Of a stretch of DNA of 64,000 nt, positions 18,845 through 30,526 are shown in pieces. Origin of the DNA: Candidatus Altimarinota bacterium (GTDB lineage: Bacteria > Patescibacteriota > Gracilibacteria > 1-14-2-50-48-13); contig JBKBWQ010000001.1 in NCBI GenBank assembly GCA_046314355.1, positions 1,344,001-1,408,000 of the forward strand, written 5' to 3'. Each line of letters begins with the position of its first letter. Position 1 is the first letter of the stretch. The notes beneath the pieces are model-generated. The model was given only the letters and a program-made list of their open reading frames with translations, was not told the DNA's origin and ran no database searches. The position numbers were made by a program, and so were the translations under genes.

Positions 18845-19543
18845 ATGAGTTATCTAATAAATTGGCTGAAAGGTATTTTGGGATTAATATTTCCTGATAG
18901 CTGCCAGGTATGTAAGAAAGAAGGCGACCTTTTCTGCGGGTCATGTCTTGCTACTTTACAGGCATTGGATGTACAGCAGTGTCCAGGATGCTTTTGCAGA
19001 TCACCTGAGGGTGAGTTCTGTATAAAATGTGCAACTGGAGAGTCTGAATTAGACTTTTTACTGGTAGGCACTTCCTATCGGAATAGTCCTATTGTATCAC
19101 TTCTGATAAAAACCTTGAAGTATAAAAGTATAAGAAGGTGTATTTCCTACCTTCCTCAGACACTATTTGCTCCGCTTTCAGCTAAGAAAAAGCTGAATCC
19201 TGTACTTATACCGGTACCACTGCATGCCAAGCGTCAAAAAGAACGTGGTTTTAACCAAGCTTTTATCATTGCCCGCCAAGTAGCAGAGATATTTAGTTTG
19301 GATATAAACTCCTCATTGCTTAAGAGGGTGAGGTATACGATACCTCAAGCCACTCTGGGAAAATATGAGAGAGAAACAAATCTAAAAGATGCCTTTGCGG
19401 CTTCTGTAATTAGTGATCCTGAAAGACTTTATATACTTATAGATGATGTAGCAACTACGAGGTCTACACTTGAGGAGTGTGCAAAAACTATGAGAAAGGC
19501 AGGGGTAAAACGTATAGGAGCTTATGTACTTGCAAGAAAGTAG
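18845..19543 (+). CDS. comF: ComF family competence protein (zinc ribbon + PRTase)
   Basis: Four CxxC motifs, PVPLH..R..RGFNQA and LIDDVATT. Confidence 0.9.
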   Translation: MSYLINWLKGILGLIFPDSCQVCKKEGDLFCGSCLATLQALDVQQCPGCFCRSPEGEFCIKCATGESELDFLLVGTSYRNSPIVSLLIKTLKYKSIRRCISYLPQTLFAPLSAKKKLNPVLIPVPLHAKRQKERGFNQAFIIARQVAEIFSLDINSSLLKRVRYTIPQATLGKYERETNLKDAFAASVISDPERLYILIDDVATTRSTLEECAKTMRKAGVKRIGAYVLARK

Positions 19544-19544
19544 C

Positions 19545-19574
19545 GTGTCATTCCCGCGCATGCGGGAATGACAC
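19545..19574. repeat. GTCATTCCC REP-like perfect palindrome
   Basis: GTGTCATTCCCGC-GCAT-GCGGGAATGACAC; the first 23 bp are identical to the start of the element at 790. Confidence 0.85.
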
Positions 19575-19632
19575 ATTGACTCTTCTCTCTCTTCTTACTA
19601 GACTACAGATACGTTCTTAACTTCCCAACTCT

Positions 19633-20742
19633 GTGAAAATAGGTATCGACGCTTCCCGTTATCAATTTCCAACTCCTACCGGTGTTGAAGTATATTCCAA
19701 CTATCTTATTGATGAACTTCAGCAGATTGCACATAAAGAAAAATCAGAGCTGCTGCTTTTAAGTCCAATTAAAAAAGATATTATTGAAAGTACTCATATC
19801 TCACAAAAGATCATCAAAGGGAAAAGACTTTGGACATTAGGAAAGTTAAGCTATGCCTTTTGGAAGAGACCGAAGCTGCTGGATACCCTTTTCGTACCTT
19901 CTCATATTCTTCCTCTCTTTCTGCCTCAGAGATCTATCATTACTATTCATGATGTAGCATGGAAGCATTTTCCAAAAAGCTATTCTACCTTTCAGCGGAA
20001 ACTTTTGGATTTCTCTACAAAATTTGCTGTGCGAAGAGCTTCCAAGATTATTGCAGTATCTTATGCTACACAGAAAGACATTATGAAATTCTATAATTGT
20101 CCTGCAGAAAAAATCGAAGTTATTCACAGCGGATTTGATAAGGAGAAATTTTTAAGCCAAATAGAATTTGAGAACTTTCAGGAAATTTCAGGTAAGTTTC
20201 ATGTAAAGAAGGAAAAATACTTTATATATGTAGGACGTATAGAAGAGAAAAAGAACATTCCTTATCTTATAGAAGCATTTCTGAAATCAAAACTCTCTTC
20301 AGAGTGGAAACTTGTATTAGTGGGGAAGCCAGGAGTTGGGTTTGAAAAGATTCAATCGCAGCTTACCTCTGAAAAAAGTGACCGTATCATAGTTACCGGC
20401 TATCTTCCAAACAATGAAACCTATACCCTTGTAAAAAATGCACGTGCATCCTTGCTTGTTTCAAAGTACGAAGGATTCGGATTTCCTCTTCTTGAGGCAT
20501 TTGCTTTGGAAGTACCTGTAATAGCCAGCCGGATTCCTGCCCTTGAAGAAGTAGGCGCGGATGTACCGTATTTTGTATCTCCTACGCAGATGAATACACT
20601 TACGCAGGCTTTCAAGGTCTTTTCATTAGAAAAGTATGAGGTGGAGGGGATGATCGAAAAGGGAAAGGAGCGGTTGAAAATCTTTTCATGGAAGAAGTGT
20701 GCAATGGAAACTTGGAGTATTCTTACAAATAAAAAGGAATAA
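19633..20742 (+). CDS. Glycosyltransferase family 4 (GT-B)
   Basis: MKIGIDA, TGVEVY, TIHD, VGRIEEKKN and EGFGFPLLEA motifs. Confidence 0.92.
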   Translation: MKIGIDASRYQFPTPTGVEVYSNYLIDELQQIAHKEKSELLLLSPIKKDIIESTHISQKIIKGKRLWTLGKLSYAFWKRPKLLDTLFVPSHILPLFLPQRSIITIHDVAWKHFPKSYSTFQRKLLDFSTKFAVRRASKIIAVSYATQKDIMKFYNCPAEKIEVIHSGFDKEKFLSQIEFENFQEISGKFHVKKEKYFIYVGRIEEKKNIPYLIEAFLKSKLSSEWKLVLVGKPGVGFEKIQSQLTSEKSDRIIVTGYLPNNETYTLVKNARASLLVSKYEGFGFPLLEAFALEVPVIASRIPALEEVGADVPYFVSPTQMNTLTQAFKVFSLEKYEVEGMIEKGKERLKIFSWKKCAMETWSILTNKKE

Positions 20743-20820
20743 TATTTCTCCTGGAAATTGCAATTGCAATTCTACGGTACTTAAAATACACTTATGTCAG
20801 TATGTAATTTATTATAAAGT

Positions 20821-21537
20821 ATGTCCGATCTAGATAATTTTGTACCATCTGAATCCTCTGAGGGTTCTGCAACGGGTAAGGAAGCAAGCCGCGAAAGTAG
20901 CGAACAGTTTAGTGAACAGTTCAGACAAGCGCAGGCAAGACTCGCAGGAATGAAAAAAGATGAGAAGAAATCCAAGAAGCGTGATAAGAATCTTGCTGCT
21001 CTTTTATCACAGTTTATAAAAGAAAATTCTGATCCACAGATTGTAAATACACTTGTGGCTCTTTTAAAGGAAGAGGTTAGTTCAGAGTTTCTGCTTGGGA
21101 TTATTTCACTCTACTATCCAAATATCCGGACAGCTCTCTACGAAGAAGAACAGGAAACTTTGATGGATAATCCGCGTCTTATAATGGAGACAAGGCAACT
21201 AACCCTGACGGTACGTCCTACTCAGGCACTTGTAGAGGCAAAGGACTTTGATGAGAATAATCTGCCTGAAAATATTAAACAGGCTATAAATGTATGGGTA
21301 CAGGATATGCTCTTTACTGCGTTTCTTCATCCGAATTGGCTTCTGCCTAAGATATTCAAGGCAAACCAAGTGCATTCTACAGTGATACAGCTTGGTACAT
21401 TTATAGTAGAACGGTTCCTTGCTGCGCATAATATTAAAGGTGACTTCCAGCGCAAACGGCAGTTTGTACTGTATATTCTGAATGGTATTCTAAGTGAAAC
21501 GCAGAAACGTGCTGAATCTCACAAGCTCGCGTATTAA
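20821..21537 (+). CDS. Hypothetical protein
   Basis: 238-aa ORF with host-like composition. Confidence 0.7.
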   Translation: MSDLDNFVPSESSEGSATGKEASRESSEQFSEQFRQAQARLAGMKKDEKKSKKRDKNLAALLSQFIKENSDPQIVNTLVALLKEEVSSEFLLGIISLYYPNIRTALYEEEQETLMDNPRLIMETRQLTLTVRPTQALVEAKDFDENNLPENIKQAINVWVQDMLFTAFLHPNWLLPKIFKANQVHSTVIQLGTFIVERFLAAHNIKGDFQRKRQFVLYILNGILSETQKRAESHKLAY

Positions 21538-21933
21538 TATATTATAGTAGTTCTTATACCTATATAGGTAAGAAGGATACTATTTACCTTATTGTAGATA
21601 CTAAGAACAGCAGCTCTCAATTATGAAGATAATAAAGGCAGCTTCAATACCTTACGTACTTCATGCTTTTGAGAATAAAAGGGTATCTGAAAAGCTTATA
21701 AAGTCTATTGTGAAAAATGCATAGGTGAAGCTAAAAGGAAAGAGGTTTTTTTCTGATATAAATATTCATTTACTAAAGCCACTTTCCAGAAGAAAATAAT
21801 AATACTTTTTATAAACTGTTGACTTTTAATCGAAAGTATTTTAAAAAGTTTAGCGTCACCTGCGAAGAAATTCGGCAAAAAATATTGAAAAGTAGCTTCA
21901 GCAAATGATTTATAAAAAAAGTAAAAGAATTTC

Positions 21934-22070
21934 TTGACTTTGAGAAATATATCAGTAAATTGAACTACGCATAACGCATTCAGAACTTGTTCCCAGCTAC
22001 AATTACATGAACCACTTCAGGTGATTGTAGGTGGAAATAAATTTTTGTTTCCCCGGATTGATTTTTGAAA
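21934..22070 (+). promoter_or_regulatory. rRNA promoter/leader (promoter, hairpin, boxA-like)
   Basis: TTGACT-N16-TAAATT at 21934, long hairpin ~21987-22039, boxA-like TGATTTTTGAAA at ~22059. Confidence 0.55.
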
Positions 22071-22156
22071 AATAGGAATGTCAATAAAAATATGTGTATC
22101 ACATTGTAATTTATAGAAAGTAACTGCTAGTTAAGCAATTAGTTGTTACAATAGTA

Positions 22157-25176
<3,020 letters not shown>

Positions 25177-25323
25177 CTATTGTACCGCTTCTCTCCCATT
25201 TGGGAACTATTCGTAAGGATAGTAACTAGATGGGGATGCTTAACTAGCAATTACTTTCCGTAAATACAAGATACATCTACTGACATTTCTAAAACAATCA
25301 GATCATTTCGTAAAAAGACATGA

Positions 25324-25440
25324 TCTTGGTAATTATACTAAAGAGGGTACACCTGATCCCATTCCGAACTCAGAAGTTAAGCTCTTTAAGGCCGATGGTA
25401 CTTCAAGCGTTGCTTGCGGAAGAGTAGGTAGTTGCCAAGA
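25324..25440 (+). rRNA. rrf: 5S ribosomal RNA
   Basis: CACCTGATCCCATTCCGAACTCAGAAGTTAAG, GCCGATGGTAC, GAGTAGGT; TCTTGG/CCAAGA terminal stem. Confidence 0.95.
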
Positions 25441-25895
25441 TCATGTTTTTTTGTGTCTAAATAACTGTTTACATTAAGTAAACGGTTATTTTTTTGTATG
25501 TACTTATTAATATATAGAATATAAACCTGATTTAAATGCTTTGTAATGCATCTTTATAATTGGGAATGAAGTTGCTATCACATTTGATATAGTTGTTTGA
25601 AGATAAAATTCTATATATTGTAAAAACACAAAATGTATTTATATATGTTCTTCGAAATATATCTGTACCAAAAGGCATATTTCAAACTATTTTAAGAGAA
25701 TTTCTTATGACTTTCCCATAAATATTATTTCATGCAAAACTGTTTCACAACCGCTATTTATTTCTTAATTTATTATTAATATAGATAAAGTTATATAAAT
25801 CTGTATAGATATATAATCTGTAATAAATTTATTTTACATTTTATGAATACAGTAGTATCTTTAAAAGTATGGGTTGTAGAGAAAATTAAAATTTC

Positions 25896-25923
25896 TGTAA
25901 CAAAGGCGAAGTTACTCCGTCTA
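25896..25923 (+). promoter_or_regulatory. Putative ECF-sigma promoter
   Basis: TGTAAC-N16-CGTC upstream of the FecR-domain gene. Confidence 0.4.
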
Positions 25924-25956
25924 TTTAGGTGATCAACTTGTTTCATCTATCTTTAC

Positions 25957-27357
25957 ATGGACACTAATCGTCCCCACAATTTGGCTTTTGAAAAGCGTCT
26001 TGAGCTCTTGAAAAAAGAGATGAAACCAAGCCGTACATTTGTTATTTTGACAAAAGATAAGGTTTTTAGCCATATTGAGAATGCACAGGAGAGAAAGAGA
26101 ATGAGCTTTGTACAAAGATTGCTACTACCGTTTTTAAAACAGGCTTCAACTTTTGCATTTGCCTTTATATTTGCATCTGCTCTTTTAAATGTTGTCTTTT
26201 TGGCAACACTGCAGTCCACAAAAGCTGATTATATCGGTGAAGTAACGAGCTCTCAGGGGAAAGTATATATTGTACGTTCAAGTGAGAAGATAGAGGTAAC
26301 AAAGACGCAGAAACTCTTTGAAGGTGATACTATTGAAGTAGAGGGGGAGTCTAACGCTCAGCTCTACTTTTACAATACTGGTGAGACGAAGCTTAGTGAG
26401 AATACAAAACTAAAGATTGGAAAAGTAGAAAGACAGGAGAATCAGGAAAATGTCATTGCTCTTAACTTAGAGAAAGGTTCTTTAGAAGGTAAAATTGATC
26501 CCGTGGGAGATCAAGGAAATTCATCTACAAAACTCTCTGTTGTCACTACTAGTGGAACAGTAGAGGCGCGTAATAATGCTGCATTTGCAGTCTCTTTGAA
26601 TGATAATGGTACTATTGCGAGTGTATCTGCCTCTTCTGAGCAGGTAGATCTTATTGCTACAAATACTGCAAATCCTTCTGATGCTCAGACTGTGACTGTG
26701 ACAGCAGGGCAGACATTTACAACTCCTGTAATTACCGCTGTAGTGACTGACGCTGATACTCAATCTGGGGCAACTATTATAGCATCTGCTGATGCAGGTA
26801 ACGCTAATGTAAATAAACCTGAAGGGGATGTTACAGAAGAAAAGAAAATCCTGCCTATAGCAATACGTCCAGTACAGACCGCTTCCGGTGCACAAATCGT
26901 TGTACAAGAGAACTCAAATACTCTTGTACCTTTGCCAGAGACTTCTATAGATGTCTATCAGTTAGGTCAGATTCAGGATCTTGACGCTGCTGTAGATATT
27001 GCACAGGTGAAACTCAATAATGCTATTACCGCTGTAAATGCTAAAGACGAGGTTCTCGCGCTTACTTCTATCCAGAGCTATCTTTCTACTCTTGAGAGAA
27101 TAGACGGCCTTGTAGCGGCAATAAAGCAGACCCAGACATCGGCAAAATTCCGTATTAAGACTTTAGCGGACTTTATAAATACTACAGCTCTTACGACTAT
27201 AAATGGTAAGTATGTAACTGCTGAGAACACTATAAATACTGAGAACATGAGAGTATACAATACAAGCATGAAAAAACTTCATTATCTTGCAAGGATAGAA
27301 GCATCATTTAAGTCACGCCTACAGCTTGTGAACTCTGCTCTAATTAAGAATAAATAG
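25957..27357 (+). CDS. FecR-domain membrane protein (anti-sigma-like architecture)
   Basis: Basic N-terminus, one TM helix, then G.V.I.R...L.EGDTI.V...S.A.L.F.....LSENT.L.I...L.L.KG..V.T..G FecR pattern. Confidence 0.7.
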   Translation: MDTNRPHNLAFEKRLELLKKEMKPSRTFVILTKDKVFSHIENAQERKRMSFVQRLLLPFLKQASTFAFAFIFASALLNVVFLATLQSTKADYIGEVTSSQGKVYIVRSSEKIEVTKTQKLFEGDTIEVEGESNAQLYFYNTGETKLSENTKLKIGKVERQENQENVIALNLEKGSLEGKIDPVGDQGNSSTKLSVVTTSGTVEARNNAAFAVSLNDNGTIASVSASSEQVDLIATNTANPSDAQTVTVTAGQTFTTPVITAVVTDADTQSGATIIASADAGNANVNKPEGDVTEEKKILPIAIRPVQTASGAQIVVQENSNTLVPLPETSIDVYQLGQIQDLDAAVDIAQVKLNNAITAVNAKDEVLALTSIQSYLSTLERIDGLVAAIKQTQTSAKFRIKTLADFINTTALTTINGKYVTAENTINTENMRVYNTSMKKLHYLARIEASFKSRLQLVNSALIKNK

Positions 27358-28512
27358 TACGAGGGCTGCTACTAATGGGATTGTGAGATTATCATCAATT
27401 TCAAGATCTCCGAAATAAAGAGGGAGTGTCTCTACTGTCATTGCAATAAGTGTCGCAATTAATGCATGGGGAAAGCCTACAAAATATGAGGCTGCGATTG
27501 TACTGAATATGCTCGCAATCAGAGGACCTTCAAGGCACTTCTTTGTATTATAAGGGAGGCGTATTTTCCCGAAGTATTTTCCAGCTACATTTGTAATAGA
27601 ATCTCCAAAGGCAAGTATCAAAATACTCGCCTGAGCAATATGCAAAGGGAAAAGCAGTACGCTCAGAAAGCTTCCAAGAACAAAGAAAAACATACCTCGC
27701 CCAGGAAAGACTTCAATATGATGTGCTCTTTCAAAAAAGCTTAGAATTGGATAGAGTACTGGAATATTTTTCCATTTTTTAATGCAGAGAATTGCGAGAG
27801 AACCTACTAAGAGGAGAAATAATAAAGTACCTGCAGAGATAAACTGCACTTGAAGTAATGCTACTATAATAAGCCCAAATCCGAGATGTGCCACCTGTCT
27901 TCGTATTTCTTTATCATGTTCAAGCAGTGCTTGAAATTTTTTCATGCTTGAGAGATGTTCGCCTAGGTAATAACATAAGATACCAGTAAGTAAGCCTGCA
28001 ATCATACCTCCAAGTACATCTGCATAAAAATGGACACCCACATACATTCTTGAAAAACCAACTAGTATGCCTAATACGACAAGAGGATAGAAATATTTTC
28101 TCTGCTTAAAGAAGAATATTGGAAGAATAGAAAAGATACTTGCTGTGTGACTGCTAGGAAATGAATAGCTGATCTCACGGCTGAGGGTAAGTTCTGTGAC
28201 AATTGGTCTATCTGCCATAAAGAACAACTTTAATGCTTCGGAAAGTGCTGTACCACCAGCAAAAGCTAACCACAACATGCATTTTGCTTCGATGGAGAGA
28301 CTTTTATCTTCAAAAGTAATGGTAAGAAGGAATGCTCCTAAAAAGACATAATAAAAGTATGCAGTCAGCCACTCCATAGAGACATCCAGTATATAGGAAC
28401 GTCCAAGAAGTATATAAAGTAGAGCTATACTGAGACTTGATACAAGGAAAGTCAGAACAGCAAAACGTGATACTTGTGATGTGGGAAGAAATGAAGGAAG
28501 ATCTGCAATCAT
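27340..28512 (-). CDS. PAP2 phosphatase fused to SEC59/DGK1/VTE5-type polyprenol kinase
   Basis: K......RP, SFPSSH and SRMYVGVHFYADV (PAP2); RRQVAH, GDS...G..FG, K.LEG and DDNLTIP (CTP-dependent kinase). Confidence 0.85.
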   Translation of the reverse strand: MIADLPSFLPTSQVSRFAVLTFLVSSLSIALLYILLGRSYILDVSMEWLTAYFYYVFLGAFLLTITFEDKSLSIEAKCMLWLAFAGGTALSEALKLFFMADRPIVTELTLSREISYSFPSSHTASIFSILPIFFFKQRKYFYPLVVLGILVGFSRMYVGVHFYADVLGGMIAGLLTGILCYYLGEHLSSMKKFQALLEHDKEIRRQVAHLGFGLIIVALLQVQFISAGTLLFLLLVGSLAILCIKKWKNIPVLYPILSFFERAHHIEVFPGRGMFFFVLGSFLSVLLFPLHIAQASILILAFGDSITNVAGKYFGKIRLPYNTKKCLEGPLIASIFSTIAASYFVGFPHALIATLIAMTVETLPLYFGDLEIDDNLTIPLVAALVLFILN

Positions 28513-28631
28513 AACAGGGGAGAATAATACATCTAGATATATACCTGCAATTGAGCTATTTGTAAATTAAAACACTTTGTGGTATACTACTTAGATAAAA
28601 AAACCTTCTTCTGGTATTCTACACTTCTCTT

Positions 28632-29402
28632 ATGCACTACATTCCTTCTATTTCGCTTACGGTTCCTGCAGATCTCCGCTGCTCTGCTCTTGTGAGAAAA
28701 GCTGCAAAGAACGCTTTTGATCTTGCACAGATTCCTTATACATGGGGATTCCGGCTGACTCTTGTGATCGATGAACTTTTTATGAATGCTGTGAAATACG
28801 GCTCTCATTCAGCAAAAAATACTGTAGAACTTCATTTCTATCTTAAAAAAGACAAGGTAGTCATCGAGATGGAAGATAGCGGAACGCAAAAAAAACATAA
28901 GGTGTCTCCTAAGCAGCTTATGGCAATCATGAATGAGAATCAAATGCATAATGACCTGACGAAGGTATCTGGCCGAGGACTTGCTTTGATAGTGAAATCG
29001 TGGACAGATAGTTTTGCGATTACTAAAAGCAAACAGGGGGGCATCAAGATCAAAGTGGAAAAGTATTTTGCAAACTGTATCCTTGAACCAAGATCCTATA
29101 AACATCTTGAGTTCTCCGTAAAAGATGAGAAGACTATTGTTTGTCATCTAAAAGAAGACCTTTTCCAGGAAAAGTATGCTAAAGAAATGCAGCAGATTTT
29201 TGAGATGATTGATAACTATAAAGGGTATCATGTTGTCTTTGATATGCAGAAACTTTTATTTCTTGATTTCAAAAATCTTGGACGTATCACTGAGCTCTAT
29301 TCACGGATTGTTACAGAAGGCGGTACCGTCTCTCTCTGTAATGTTTCTGATCATATGAAAGATCTCTTTGCACAGACAGGATTTTCAAAAGTATTTTTAT
29401 AA
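28632..29402 (+). CDS. RsbW-like anti-sigma factor Ser kinase fused to a C-terminal STAS domain
   Basis: ELFMNAVKYG, D.G and GRGL motifs; C-terminal VVFDMQKLLFLD...LCNV...LF..TG. Confidence 0.8.
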   Translation: MHYIPSISLTVPADLRCSALVRKAAKNAFDLAQIPYTWGFRLTLVIDELFMNAVKYGSHSAKNTVELHFYLKKDKVVIEMEDSGTQKKHKVSPKQLMAIMNENQMHNDLTKVSGRGLALIVKSWTDSFAITKSKQGGIKIKVEKYFANCILEPRSYKHLEFSVKDEKTIVCHLKEDLFQEKYAKEMQQIFEMIDNYKGYHVVFDMQKLLFLDFKNLGRITELYSRIVTEGGTVSLCNVSDHMKDLFAQTGFSKVFL

Positions 29403-29419
29403 TCTCTCACACCTCCACC

Positions 29420-29845
29420 ATGAACATGAATACACAAGTAATACTCCATACTACTCACTTTGATCATAAGCCTAGCTTTAGAATGATTGCTGTACGAGGA
29501 CAAATTGATGAGTCAAATCTTGACGAAGTACGAAACCATATTGATCCTTTTGTTGGTGATATTGCCGTAGAAGTTATTCTTCTTGATTTTCAGGATCTTG
29601 AATTTATCAACAGTAGAGTTATTGGATACTTTCTTGCTCTCTATCAGCAGATGAATGATGCTGAGAAGAATATTGCCTTTGTGCAGGCAAATAATAATAT
29701 CATGCAGATTATCTCTCTCGTAGGACTTACTACTCTGATCAATCACTATGAGACTCTTGAAGAGGCACTGGAAGCTTTAGATAGTGGAGAAGGAGCAGAG
29801 CATGTTCCTGATACTGCCCGGGAGACGCAAAATAATATTATGTAG
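29420..29845 (+). CDS. STAS-domain anti-sigma factor antagonist
   Basis: GQIDESN, LLDF..LEFINSRVIG and LVGL...YETLEEAL motifs. Confidence 0.85.
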   Translation: MNMNTQVILHTTHFDHKPSFRMIAVRGQIDESNLDEVRNHIDPFVGDIAVEVILLDFQDLEFINSRVIGYFLALYQQMNDAEKNIAFVQANNNIMQIISLVGLTTLINHYETLEEALEALDSGEGAEHVPDTARETQNNIM

Positions 29846-29918
29846 TTTCTAGTTAAGAAAATAGATATAAAAAAGAATCTCATATCCGAAACGGAATGAG
29901 ATTCTTTTTTTATTGTAA

Positions 29919-30167
29919 TTATGCTGCAGCCTGCTCTGCTGCCTCTTCTTCTTTCTTCTGCTGAGCATTTGCCATTCTCTTCATAAACTTATCTACTCGT
30001 CCTTCTGTATCTACAAGTTTCTGTTTTCCTGTGTAGAATGGATGGCACTTAGAGCAGATTTCTACTTTCATCTCTTCTTTTGTTGATCCGATTGTATGTG
30101 TAGCTCCACAGCTGCAAGTAACTTTGCATGCGAAGTGAAATTCTGGGTGTAGGTCTTTTTTAGCCAT
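29919..30167 (-). CDS. rpmE: 50S ribosomal protein L31 (zinc-binding type)
   Basis: KDLHP, VTCSCG and [22 protein letters not shown]. Confidence 0.97.
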   Translation of the reverse strand: MAKKDLHPEFHFACKVTCSCGATHTIGSTKEEMKVEICSKCHPFYTGKQKLVDTEGRVDKFMKRMANAQQKKEEEAAEQAAA

Positions 30168-30526
30168 ATGTGGTGGTTGGTAGAGAGTAATATTTACGCC
30201 AAGTACGTAAATGCTATGGAATTATACGGGGAAATGAAAGGAAGTAAAGGGAAAGTAACTTAGAGATCTTTATAGTTTTTAGTTCCAGTTATCAAAAGAT
30301 TTCTTTCAATAAAAAATAAGGAGTAATGATGCATCATGAATACTGAAATTTAATTTAAAAAAATAAATATGACTTCAACTGTACGTATTATTTCTCTTTA
30401 CAGCTATTTTAAATAAGAGTAGGTTTGTGCTACGGTGTTTGGTTTTCTGGAATATAACATACCTCTTTAATAGATACTTATACAAGGATTTCTTTACATT
30501 GAATAGTATTTTCAGCATTTCTTATT

